This document shows positions 13,528-25,600 of a DNA stretch of 49,592 nt, in pieces (positions within the stretch are counted from its first letter, which is position 1; each line of letters starts with the position of its first letter). A model generated the notes under the pieces. The model was not told the DNA's origin. It saw nothing but the letters and a program-made list of their open reading frames with translations, and did no database searches. This DNA comes from Priapulus caudatus (lineage: Eukaryota), in contig NW_014577062.1 of NCBI RefSeq assembly GCF_000485595.1, positions 53,992 to 103,583 of the forward strand, written 5' to 3'. The translations under genes were made by a program, and so were the position numbers.

Positions 13528-16514
13528 AACTGTAGGCTCTCGTGTGTGTGTGTGTGTGTGTGCGTGCGTGCGTGCATGTGAGGAGTGAATAAAAACAAGG
13601 GAGTTTGCAATGCTAAATTATTGGAAATACAATGTTCGTCGTCACTAATCTACCTAGGATTTATTATATTTAATTCAACAAACCTGAGCCCAGAATCCGA
13701 TAGATGGCACGGAGCACACAAACAGTCTTTCGTTTAAAATATCCTGCATGATGCTCTCATTTATACTGAAAAATTTCAGCAATTGTGGCGTGCATTTTCA
13801 TCTGTTTTTGTGGATTGTCAATGTGTATGGGAAAACCGATTGTGTATGATGTTAATGTAATGTTTGTGGTAGATTCTGAGCTCCGATTTGTTGAATTAAA
13901 CATAATAAATCCTAGGTAGATCAGGATCAATGAAAATTGCATTACCAATAATATAGCCTTGCACACTCTTTTGTTTTTATTCACTCCTGATATATATATA
14001 TATATATATATAAATTACATAAGCGGGTGTGAGGTATCTTCAAACAGAAAGCTTGGATTGTTTATACCTCACATTGGTTTTTTGGTCATTGCTTGCATAA
14101 AGAAGAAATTTTAGCAGATCAAAGTAAATTAAATGGCTCAACAAAAAATATCACAATTCTTATGTAGATTCTGCCTTTTACTATAAATGTAAGTTTACCC
14201 AGAGCAGCTTGCTCTGTAAACATCTGTCTCCAATTACTGAAGACTGGAATTACCTAGGTATTGATACTTCCACAGAATACCACAGGTTTAGTCTAAGAAT
14301 GCACAGGAGAGCATTGCCACATAGTCGCACTTCACTACGTAACTCCCGTGACAGGTTATAGCTGAATTAAGTTGCATGCGAGATGCCAGGTCATTGTATG
14401 CAACGTTTTACAGGTGGTCACTACACAGCGTATGCGCTGAACCACATCAGTGATCAGTGGTATGAATACGATGACCAGTACGTCACTGAGGTGAACGAGC
14501 AGACCGTGGAAAACTGTGAGGCATATGTTCTCTTCTACAGGTAAAATGTTTTCTTCTCATGGGTAAATGTTTTGCAGCTACGCATTATTGTTTTAATAGT
14601 GTAGGTTAATGTTTTGCTGGTATATTCTTCTCAGTGGGTGCTTCACTTTTCCTCCCCTGTGTATCTATGCTCATCACACATGCATTAGTATTCCATTGGT
14701 TTTATCTGGCTTTTGATTGTATCACCACTGATGCACAGCTTCAATTACTGTACACACTTGCATCCCAGTAAAGCAGAAATTCAGCAACATAATGTAATTG
14801 TTGATTGTACCGGTCACTATAATGGTCACCTGGATTTGCTTGATCACTCTCTTTTCTTGCAGGAAATCAAACAATGAAATGCTGAAGCTTCGGCAGCAGG
14901 CGGAGGACTTGCAGCGTTCGCGCGAGACCAGCCTCATGAACTTCTACATCTCAAAGCAGTGGATTAACAAGTTTAACACGTTCGCCGAGCCAGGACCAAT
15001 CACAAGCTACGATTTTCTCTGCGCACACGGCGGTAAGTAGGTAGTGCCGACCGCAGCTACAGCTGTATAACTGGAAGGGCGGTGACGTCGCGAAAGAGGA
15101 AGCGAATGAAGCAGCTATGCCGAGTGACTGTCGCCAGCGACCCGCAGCAACAGAGTATTGTAATTGTTCTGTTTGCTCTCACCAGGTGTCGCTCCACACA
15201 AGTTCAACCACGTGCGGGACCTGTGCCTCCTCGTGCCGCAGCCGGTGTGGGAGTATCTGCATAAGATGTTTGGCGGGGGTCCCGTCTGCAATCGCTTGTA
15301 CCTCTGCACTGTATGTCATAGGCAGCAGGAAGTGATGGAAACCAAGCGTAGGCAGGAGCTGAACACATTTGTGAGGGTAAGAATAGAGCTCTAAAGTGAT
15401 GGAAGTCTGTATAGCTGAGAAAAATGAGGGCTGTAATACAGCTGATATGAAAGAAGGGCTGTAAACCTGTGGTGAAAGAGATGGAGTAGGCGAGTACTGA
15501 ATTATACATATTATAGTACATTCAGCGTATACCTTATTTTATATTCGAGCGGGGTATATCGAGCAATATTGCCAGCTTTTGTATGCATTTTATATCATTG
15601 TGATAAGAAATTGTATCTGTAAGTGAGTTGGGGTATGTTGTGTGTGATGTGTTGGTTTTTAAACAAGCCGTATGTTATTATTTCACAGCTTCATAAGGAG
15701 TTCCAAGCTAAAAGTGCTAATTGTACTATCTATGCCCTGAGTTTGTCTTGGTTCAAGGAGTGGGAGAATTTTGTCAAATGCAGATCAGATGGTAAGAGTA
15801 ATCATTTTCTTGTCAAGATTTCCTTGTTTTTAACTTTTTTAACTAGGCACATTTCTTTGTGCATCTTTATTACATTGACCTTACTTTTAACAAGTAAATC
15901 AAATGCATCATTTTAATATTATTTATAAGCAGCACCTGATGTTTTTATAAATTTTTGTGTGTGGAAAATTGTCTGTATATAAGTCGTGCCAAACCATTTT
16001 CCAAAAGTCCATCGATGAAATATTTGCCCCACATAAGAATCAGTGAAGGCAAAGTCACTAACTAATACATTTGTGGATATTTTGGTAAATTAGTAAAAGT
16101 AATTCATACAAATATATAATTAGGTGAGTGAAACAAGTCTTCTTGATTTTTTTTCAATAAAACGCCAACATCTTGTCATCTTAAATAGAAAAACAGTGTG
16201 GGAAAGGTTGACTCTGCAGAATTCCTGTGTGTTGGATAACCCTGGCATAAGTTAAGCAAAAACCAGAGGTAGTTAATACGCGATTACTGTTGATTGATAT
16301 TGCAGAGCCTGCCGGAGCAGTGGAAAACTCATCGATAGCTGTGCAGCAAGATGGCAGATACGTGGTGAAGTCCGATTCTGACTATGGTCAGATCTCAGAA
16401 GAGATGTGGCATTTCTTCTTCGGCATCTACGGCGGTGGCCCTGAGATCTTACTGCAGCAGGGACCTCCCTGTAAGAAGGAGTGTGTAGAGGAGAACCCAG
16501 TTACACGCTGCTGA
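1936..16514 (+). CDS. USP20: Ubiquitin carboxyl-terminal hydrolase 20/33 (USP20/USP33, VDU family): ZnF-UBP, USP catalytic domain, two DUSP domains; 19 coding exons, about 977 aa
   Basis: Exons (all GT-AG, phases consistent, 2934 nt total): 1936-2130, 2569-2710, 3044-3130, 3357-3426, 8702-8894, 9144-9257, 9457-10033, 10305-10451, 10700-10800, 11514-11686, 12185-12289, 12687-12732, 12862-12976, 13399-13467, 14414-14540, 14863-15032, 15186-15376, 15689-15791, 16306-16514(TGA). Motifs: [33 protein letters not shown] (ZnF-UBP); [18 protein letters not shown] (Cys box); [85 protein letters not shown] (His box); [15 protein letters not shown] and YGGGP (DUSPs). USP20 versus USP33 cannot be resolved by eye; probably the single invertebrate co-orthologue. 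Confidence 0.95.
3357..3426 (+). CDS. USP20: USP20/33 exon 4, catalytic Cys box (missed by ORF track)
   Basis: tttgctag|GT CTC GTC GGT CTG CAG AAT ATT GGT AAC ACC TGT TAC ATG AAT ... AAC TG|gtgagt = [23 protein letters not shown](C). Confidence 0.95.
3495..4037 (-). mobile_element. LTR (3' LTR of Gypsy-like element, minus strand) with adjacent polypurine tract
   Basis: Termini TGTAAC...GTTACA. 4038-4053 reads gaagggggaggtaa on the minus strand directly before the LTR. Homologous to LTR 8124-8529 (shared gagatgtaggagt..ggagtctggt, ttgtgaaat and tgtaacat..tttacagatg blocks). Confidence 0.75.
4135..4411. repeat. Imperfect (CA)n microsatellite
   Basis: Direct observation. Confidence 0.95.
4412..5040 (+). 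mobile_element. LTR U5 end, primer-binding site and degenerate gag-like leader of an LTR retrotransposon
   Basis: aataaa..cataattcaacgttaca (ends 4507; last 17 nt identical to 8513-8529) is followed by ttTTGGTGCCAGTGAC, resembling the tRNA-His PBS TGGTGCCGTGAC with one extra base. Downstream is a broken R/E-rich coiled-coil frame ([19 protein letters not shown]). Confidence 0.6.
5176..6370 (+). mobile_element. Helentron/DINE-1-like (HINE) non-autonomous element, family A
   Basis: 5' end ttttTAGC(T)CATCTGAC-at-AGTCAGATG (subterminal IR hairpin), then (GTCC)n microsatellite and ggtcaaaggtca motifs. This is the known HINE/DINE-1 architecture. May extend to about 6890. Confidence 0.7.
6893..8030 (+). 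mobile_element. Second HINE family-A copy, direct repeat of 5176-6370
   Basis: Begins tttttagctcatctgacttagtcagatgcagcttgtagaatcgc and is colinear with 5176-6370 up to agtagacgttagatgagcgctgtcg. Confidence 0.7.
8124..8529 (+). mobile_element. LTR (3' LTR, plus strand) preceded by polypurine tract
   Basis: ggggaagggggagataa|TGTAACA...AACGTTACA. Upstream 8061-8123 is homologous to the reverse complement of 4038-4097 (tagatcag..gctgaatcgatga). Confidence 0.75.
12529..12595. repeat. Perfect 32-bp inverted repeat with 3-nt loop, between (TA)n tracts
   Basis: acttgcttactatatcccgtttgtctcgcaat-ccc-attgcgagacaaacgggatatagtaagcaagt. Confidence 0.9.
13653..13916. mobile_element. MITE with about 45-bp imperfect TIRs, TA-flanked (Tc1/mariner-like)
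   Basis: ta|CCTAGGATTTATTATATTTAATTCAACAAA..CAGAATC ... GATTCTG..TTTGTTGAATTAAACATAATAAATCCTAGG|ta. Confidence 0.7.
14414..14540 (+). CDS. USP20: USP20/33 exon 15, His box (missed by ORF track)
   Basis: ttttacag|GT GGT CAC TAC ... = [42 protein letters not shown], donor gtaaaa. Confidence 0.95.
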
Positions 16515-17900
16515 GACAGCGATTTAGGATAACCCAAGCAAATACTGTTTGTTTCGCAGTCAGGATCAAAATTTAGAAATAGCATCGAATGGAAGTTCCT
16601 GCTGAAACACATTGTAGTCAGATTAGCATAGGCATTACCACTATGTGTTTATAAATCAATCACTTCACTACCCCTCAATCTATATTGTGAAACAAGATAT
16701 GTGCACCGAATGGCATTCGTCTATGCCATCTTGTATACTAACTGTCATTCTGTGCTACAACATGGTGAGGTTGAATACTCTAGCTCCTATTTACTCTAAT
16801 TACTCCAATACAAATTTATTCAACGTTACAAATATCATCCTGAGAGACAGAGTGAGAGTGATGTGTGTTTTTCTTGATAATGAATGCTCGAAATATGCAT
16901 TGGTACTTGCAAACATAAGTATGGTTTGTGAATCTATGTCGTATGCACAAGTTATAGTACTTGAATTGTATGCATGAGTTTGTATATAAAAGATTAACAG
17001 TGGCTACTATTTAAATACCGTAATTGTTCAGCTGTATCAGCTACTATCTGTATAAAATGGTAAATGTTCTATTATTGCTATAGAACCGAGAATGTGTGTA
17101 ACCAGTGATCGTGATTTGTGTATCAAAGCTGCTGCAAATAGTTGCACATATTACATAAACTTCTTGTGTAGGATTAACATGTGTTATTGCACCAAGGCTT
17201 GCATGTGGTTGCATTCATTGCATTTAACTATGTGTGGTGAAATACTGGAAGTGCGTTTGTTGAGGAAATTGTAAGAATGAACATGGTTGCGAAGCAGCCA
17301 CGTATCAATGCGTGAGATACCTTTAGCGTGTGTAAGATTTAAGTTATTTTAGGAGCATAGTAGTATTGTAAAACAGTGCTCGGGTAAAGTTATTATTATG
17401 ATCGAATGTAGCTATTGTTGCATTGGTTCACACCATATTAGCGATAGTATCGATATGTGTGCAGTTAGTGTTGGTGCCATATGTTAATCAGTTGTTGCCT
17501 AGTGTCATTTTATCAAGAGTCGATCTATTGTAAGACTCCTGGTATCACTTACCTTTCCTGGTGGGGTTAGATGGTATCTTCATATTTATTGTGTAATTAC
17601 ATACACCCTAATGCAGTAATGGGATTGTACTCACACAAAATAATACTGTGTCCATCATCAGTAATTTAGTTTACTTGCGTTTGATCAAAGCAATTTAAAT
17701 GGCCTATTTAAGAGTTACATACACATTCAAGTTTTCCCCTTTATGGCAGCCTAATTATTGCATATATAGACCTCTTGCTCTGGCTTACTTGCCAAAGACC
17801 GTACATAATTGTGTTATAACGCATTGTATTGTGTAAGAATACTCTCACTCGCTCTCCCTCTCTCACTCTCTCTCTCTCTTGCTTTCTCTCGCTCACTCTC

Positions 17901-18659
17901 NNNNNNNNNNNNNNNNNNNNNNNNNNNNNNNNNNNNNNNNNNNNNNNNNNNNNNNNNNNNNNNNNNNNNNNNNNNNNNNNNNNNNNNNNNNNNNNNNNNN
18001 NNNNNNNNNNNNNNNNNNNNNNNNNNNNNNNNNNNNNNNNNNNNNNNNNNNNNNNNNNNNNNNNNNNNNNNNNNNNNNNNNNNNNNNNNNNNNNNNNNNN
18101 NNNNNNNNNNNNNNNNNNNNNNNNNNNNNNNNNNNNNNNNNNNNNNNNNNNNNNNNNNNNNNNNNNNNNNNNNNNNNNNNNNNNNNNNNNNNNNNNNNNN
18201 NNNNNNNNNNNNNNNNNNNNNNNNNNNNNNNNNNNNNNNNNNNNNNNNNNNNNNNNNNNNNNNNNNNNNNNNNNNNNNNNNNNNNNNNNNNNNNNNNNNN
18301 NNNNNNNNNNNNNNNNNNNNNNNNNNNNNNNNNNNNNNNNNNNNNNNNNNNNNNNNNNNNNNNNNNNNNNNNNNNNNNNNNNNNNNNNNNNNNNNNNNNN
18401 NNNNNNNNNNNNNNNNNNNNNNNNNNNNNNNNNNNNNNNNNNNNNNNNNNNNNNNNNNNNNNNNNNNNNNNNNNNNNNNNNNNNNNNNNNNNNNNNNNNN
18501 NNNNNNNNNNNNNNNNNNNNNNNNNNNNNNNNNNNNNNNNNNNNNNNNNNNNNNNNNNNNNNNNNNNNNNNNNNNNNNNNNNNNNNNNNNNNNNNNNNNN
18601 NNNNNNNNNNNNNNNNNNNNNNNNNNNNNNNNNNNNNNNNNNNNNNNNNNNNNNNNNNN
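17901..18659. other. Assembly gap (N run)
   Basis: Run of n. Confidence 0.99.
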
Positions 18660-18668
18660 ATGAGCAAG

Positions 18669-18748
18669 AACCCTAACCCTAACCCTAAACCTAACCCTAA
18701 CCATAAACCTAACCCTAACCCTAATCCTAACCCTAACCCTAACCCTAA
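18669..18748. repeat. Interstitial telomere-like (CCCTAA)n tract, about 13 units with variants
   Basis: aaccctaaccctaaccctaaacctaaccctaaccataaacctaaccct... Confidence 0.9.
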
Positions 18749-18802
18749 CGCAAAAAAGGGGCTTGAACGACCGACGGCTGGCGTACCTCCAGCCACTGCG
18801 TT

Positions 18803-18915
18803 AATAATAATACTAATAGTAATATTACTAGTAATACTAATAGTAATACTACTACTACTAGTACTAGTACTAGTACTACTACTACTACTAGTACTAGTAT
18901 TACTATTAGTAATAG
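18803..18915. repeat. (TAA/TAC/TAG)n trinucleotide microsatellite
   Basis: Direct observation. Confidence 0.9.
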
Positions 18916-18958
18916 TTAAGTTAGTGCCTAAACCGACCAGGCTCTCCGACTGTTACAC

Positions 18959-19129
18959 GGAAAAGACTAGGGTAATCCCCGGGCACTCTGTGAGGGCGAG
19001 CCCACAATGTAGGGCTGGTCGGTTAGGGTATGGTTAGGGTTAGAGTTGGGCCTACCCTACCCTACCCTACCCGACCACCCCTACACTGTGGGCTCGCCCT
19101 CACAGAGTGCCCGGGGATTAGTCTTACCC
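18959..19129. mobile_element. 171-bp foldback MITE with 9-bp TSD (Mutator-like)
   Basis: ctgttacac|GGAAAAGACTA..TAATCCCCGGGCACTCTGTGAGGGCGAGCCCACAATGTAGGG ... CCCTACACTGTGGGCTCGCCCTCACAGAGTGCCCGGGGATTAGTCTTACCC|ctgttacac; internal ttaggg/ctacc repeats. Confidence 0.8.
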
Positions 19130-19734
19130 CTGTTACACGGCGTAGACCAACGTAGTGTTAAGCGAGGGTGTGAATAAAACCCGGACCCGGACCCGGAAAA
19201 CCTGCATAAAACCCGGACCCGGACCCGGAAAACCTGCATAAAACCCGGACCCGGACCCGGAAAACCTGCATAAAAACCGGACCCGGACCCGGAAAACCTG
19301 CATAAAACCTGGACCCGGACTACACACACACACACACAACACAACACAGCACAGCACATGACAGCACACACACGCGCGCACACGCACACAAAAACGCACG
19401 CGCGCACACACACGCACGGGCACACACACACACACGCGCACAGAAACACGCACACACAACCACGCAAAAAAGCACGCACGCACATACACACACAACACAT
19501 GCTCATGCACGCACGTACACAGAAACACATGCGCGCACACAGACACACAACCACGCAAAAACGCACGTGCGCACGCACACACGCACGAACATACACACAC
19601 ACACACACATGCACGTACACGCACAGACACAGACACACACACACATGCACGCACGCACACACACAAACGCGAGCACACACACACCACCACCACGCAAAAC
19701 CGCACACACGCACAGATACACACACATACTACGC

Positions 19735-20244
19735 CCGGACTGATGCAGAATGCGTCCGTACTGGTACATAATGAGTCCGGACTGGAGTAGAATGGGTCCA
19801 GACTGATACAGCATGGGTCCGGACTGATGTAGAATGGGTCCGTGCTGATACAGCATAGGTCCGGACTGATGCAGAATGAGTCCGGACTGGTAAATAATGA
19901 GTCCGGACTGGTGTAGAATGGGTCCAGACTGGTGTAGAATGGGTCTGGACTGATACAGCATGGGTCTGGACTGATGCATAATGAGTCCGGACTGGTACAT
20001 AATGAGTCCGGACTGGAGTAGAATGGGTCCGGACTGATACAGCATGGGTCCGGACTGGTACATAATGAGTCCGGACTGGAGTAGAATGGGTTCGGACTGA
20101 TACAGCATGGGTCCGGACTGGTACATAATGAGTTCGGACTGGAGTAGAATGGGTCTGGACTGGTTCAGAATGGGTCCGGACTGATACAGCATGGATCCGG
20201 ACTGATACGGAATGAGTCCGGACTGGTGTAGAATGGGTTCGGAC
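19735..20244. repeat. 21-bp minisatellite (ccggactgrtryagmatgrgt), about 24 units
   Basis: Direct observation; explains the repetitive 7-aa ORF 19503..20192. An inverted counterpart lies at 22063-22330. Confidence 0.9.
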
Positions 20245-20749
20245 TAGTGCTGTGCATCGGATCCGATAATCCGAATCCGATCGGATTCGGATCGGATTTA
20301 CAATTTTTAAATAATTGGATTCGGATTCGGATTCGGATTCAAAATTGTCGTCGGATTCGGATTCAAAATTGTCGTCGGATTCGGATTCGGAGTCGGAGTT
20401 TCAAAAATGCTGTCGGATTCAGATTCGGATCGCCGGGATCGGACCGTAGAATCCGACCTCCATCCTGTTACGTTTATGGGTTGGATAACTTGGATTCTAA
20501 CTCAGTCTCAGATTAAACGTATAACAAATAAACAAAACAACACAAGATATTTATTTTCGCATCATGGTTCAGCAATCAGCACATCATGTACATGATCACA
20601 AATGTACATGACACTTTGTTCTAACTCCTGTCTTCCAAGTTCTAAGTTCTAATTGACATGGTGGTACGAAACGGCCATACTATATTCATCTGAAGTTCGG
20701 ATGAATATAGTACAACTACAGACGTTTCGTAAATTCGTAGTAATTTCGT

Positions 20750-21179
20750 NNNNNNNNNNNNNNNNNNNNNNNNNNNNNNNNNNNNNNNNNNNNNNNNNNN
20801 NNNNNNNNNNNNNNNNNNNNNNNNNNNNNNNNNNNNNNNNNNNNNNNNNNNNNNNNNNNNNNNNNNNNNNNNNNNNNNNNNNNNNNNNNNNNNNNNNNNN
20901 NNNNNNNNNNNNNNNNNNNNNNNNNNNNNNNNNNNNNNNNNNNNNNNNNNNNNNNNNNNNNNNNNNNNNNNNNNNNNNNNNNNNNNNNNNNNNNNNNNNN
21001 NNNNNNNNNNNNNNNNNNNNNNNNNNNNNNNNNNNNNNNNNNNNNNNNNNNNNNNNNNNNNNNNNNNNNNNNNNNNNNNNNNNNNNNNNNNNNNNNNNNN
21101 NNNNNNNNNNNNNNNNNNNNNNNNNNNNNNNNNNNNNNNNNNNNNNNNNNNNNNNNNNNNNNNNNNNNNNNNNNNNNNN
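20750..21179. other. Assembly gap (N run)
   Basis: Run of n. Confidence 0.99.
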
Positions 21180-21559
21180 GGTATTTGGGGTTCTTGTATA
21201 TATAAGATAGCCGAGTCGGTGTACAGTTAGTGACAGGTTAACTTGTGTACTGTCTGCAGTGCATGCGTGGTACGGTAAAAATACACGCGTCGGATGTCCT
21301 GATCGAACGGCAATTCTTCACGATCGATTCCCGCGCTGGCAAACTTTTATTGTGGTGGAATTTAAACGGGGCGGAGGTAATTTAAACGAGGCGCAACGAT
21401 TCAAACAGGGGGGAGTTTTTCCAAACGGGGCGCACGCGCCCCGTTTGCGCAACGTAGGGAGAACCCTGATATATGTATTATAAACAGAACTTCGTTTGCG
21501 AGAAGTGAAACAGTTCGTACCTACGTTTTCTACCACGTGAAACAGTTGCAGAGTTAATG

Positions 21560-21911
21560 TACACGTGCGTGCGTGCGTGCAAGCACGGGTACGTACACAC
21601 GCACCCACGCACGCATGGACGCACGTGTACGTGCACATGCACGCACGCACGCACGCACGCACACACACGCACACAGCACTTGTACCTGCACATGCACGCA
21701 CGCATACACATACGCATGCACGCACGCACGCATGCACACACACACGCATGCACGTACGTGTACGACCACACGCACACACGCACGCACGCACACACGCACA
21801 AACGCACGAACGCACAAACGCACACGCACGCATGCACGCACGCACGCACGCACGCACGCATGCACGTGTACCTACATACGCACGCACGTACGTGTACGTG
21901 CACACGCACGC
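21560..21911. repeat. (GCAC)n/(CA)n compound microsatellite
   Basis: Direct observation. Confidence 0.9.
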
Positions 21912-23757
21912 AATCCGAATCTGACAGCATTTTTGAAAATCCGACTCCAAATTCGAATCCTACGACAATTTTGAATCCGAATCCGATTCTTTAAAAATTG
22001 TAAATCCGATCCGAATCCGAATCCGATTGGATTCGGATTATCGGATCCGACGCACAGCATTAGTCCGGACTCATTCTGCATCAGCCCGGACCCATGCTGT
22101 ATCAGTACGGACCCATCTCACACCAGTCCGGACACATTCTACATAAGTCCGGACCAATTCTACACCAGTCCGGACACATTCTACATAAGTCCGGTGACTC
22201 GACCGGACTCATTTGTATCAGTCGGACCCATTCTATATGCTTCGGACTACCATTATGTACCGTCCGGACCATTCTATACCTGTCCGCGCACTCATTATGT
22301 ACCGTCCGGACCCATTCTGTATCAGTCGAATCACTTCTAGTACCAGTCTGCAAATATATATCAGTCCTTATTATTATATTATTATTATTCGGGTCCGGGT
22401 TTTATTCACGCGTTTATTTGACGCTGCAAGTGTGTGTGTATGTGATGTGTGGCGCGCGTGCTACGCAGGCCGATCGATCGATCGTGTACATCAAAAGCCG
22501 CCGCATCACGCGTGGCCTTGAGGCTCGGGTCCGTGTCCGTCGGCATCTGCGTGTACGTGCGTGAACCCGTGTGTACGTGCGTGTATCTGCGTGTACGTGC
22601 GTGTACGTGCGTGTACCCGCGTGTACGTGCGTGTACTGCGTGTACGTGCGTGTATCTGCGTGTACCTGCGTGTACCGCGTGTACGTGCGTGTATCTGCGT
22701 GCCACGTGCGTGTAACCCGGTGTACGCTGTGTGTACCTGCGTGTAGTGCGTGTACCCGCGTGTACGTGCGTGTATCTCCGTGTACCCGCGTGTACGTGCG
22801 TGTATCTGCGTAAAACCCATTGTGTATCAGTACGGATTCATTTAGTACCAGTCCGGACCGATTATATATCAGTCCTTATTATTATTATTATTATTCGGGT
22901 CCGGGTTTTATTCACGCTTCAAGTGTGTGTGTGTGTGATGTGTGCCGCGTGTGCTACGCAGGCCGATCGATCGATCGTGTACATCAAAAGCCGCCGCGTC
23001 ACGCGTGGCCTTGAGGTTCTGGTCCGGGTCCGGGTTTTATTCACGAGTCGGGGTCCGGGTCCGGGTTTTATGCAGGTTTTCCGGGTCCGGGTCCGGGTTT
23101 TATGCAGGTTTTTCGGGTCTGGGTCCGGGGTCCGGGTCCGGGTTTTATGCAGGTTTTCCGGGTCCGGGTCCGGGTCCGGGTCCGGGGCCGGGTTTTATTC
23201 ACACCCGTTAAGCGAGAAGGGAACTTGTGGCTAGTTAGGGCCCTACAACTTACAAGTTAAATTACAATTTACATTTACAATTTACATTGTATTTTACATT
23301 TGTAAGTTACATTACAAATACAATATCAATACATTGTACATATTTATGATATTACAACACTCAACAATGAACACTCGACTCGAGTTTGTTTCAAGTACCT
23401 GTGGAGCCTTGTGCAATCTCGAGACCCGCGATTGCCGCTCAATCTCACGATTTTAAGAATGCACAGTGCAATCAATTGACAATTGCACGTAACACTAACA
23501 AATATACCTACATCACACACATGTACTGCACACACGCATGCATGCATGCACAAATACGCTATAGTACTACAGTAGAACATGGTATCAGGTAAAATTGTGA
23601 AATGACCTGTAGTAGCAGCCTGTACCATGTCGATGTGTATGCCATCCTCCATTTTGGCAGAGGCTGCATCATAAGATATAGTTCTGATATAATAGGTGTA
23701 ACTTTTCTAAGCTGTGTCAGTGGATATATGCTTATAGCCATCTGTTGCTTGTTTCAG

Positions 23758-25600
<1,843 letters not shown>

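Larger units (their letters stand above)
20245..22062. mobile_element. Putative nested hAT-like element with (TCGGAT)n subterminal repeats
   Basis: gttcggac|TAGTGCTGTGCATCGGATCCGATAATCCGAATCC ... GGATTCGGATTATCGGATCCGACGCACAGCATTA|gtccggac (8-bp flank, 1 mismatch). Could instead be the inner part of the foldback arms. Confidence 0.55.
19166..23206. mobile_element. About 4-kb Mutator/Foldback-type element with long satellite-rich inverted arms and 9-bp TSD
   Basis: gttaagcga|GGGTGTGAATAAAACCCGG ... CCGGGTTTTATTCACACCC|gttaagcga (TSD 19157-19165, 23207-23215). The arms carry mirrored arrays of a 32-bp unit (aaaacccggacccggacccggaaaacctgcat), CA/GCAC-rich repeats and a 21-bp unit (ccggactgatacagcatgggt). 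The element spans gap 2. Confidence 0.8.

Noticed and set aside
17203..17274. MWLHSLHL.. as TEX261 exon 1
   Set aside because: Only the MW start matches, the rest does not resemble the expected transmembrane N-terminus, and it probably lies in the USP20/33 3' UTR
18669..18748. True telomere or chromosome fusion site
   Set aside because: Short, degenerate, flanked by genes on both sides and adjacent to MITEs carrying similar repeats
17741..19037. Long ORFs of 265-402 aa
   Set aside because: They run through the N gap and through (CCCTAA)n and (TAC)n repeats; artefacts
19735..20244. CRISPR-like regular repeat array
   Set aside because: Contiguous 21-bp tandem units with no unique spacers, eukaryotic context and no cas genes
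19081..23234. Many 100-230 aa ORFs, including the 7-aa repeat ORF 19503..20192
   Set aside because: Translations of micro- and minisatellites lacking stop codons; no domain or splice support
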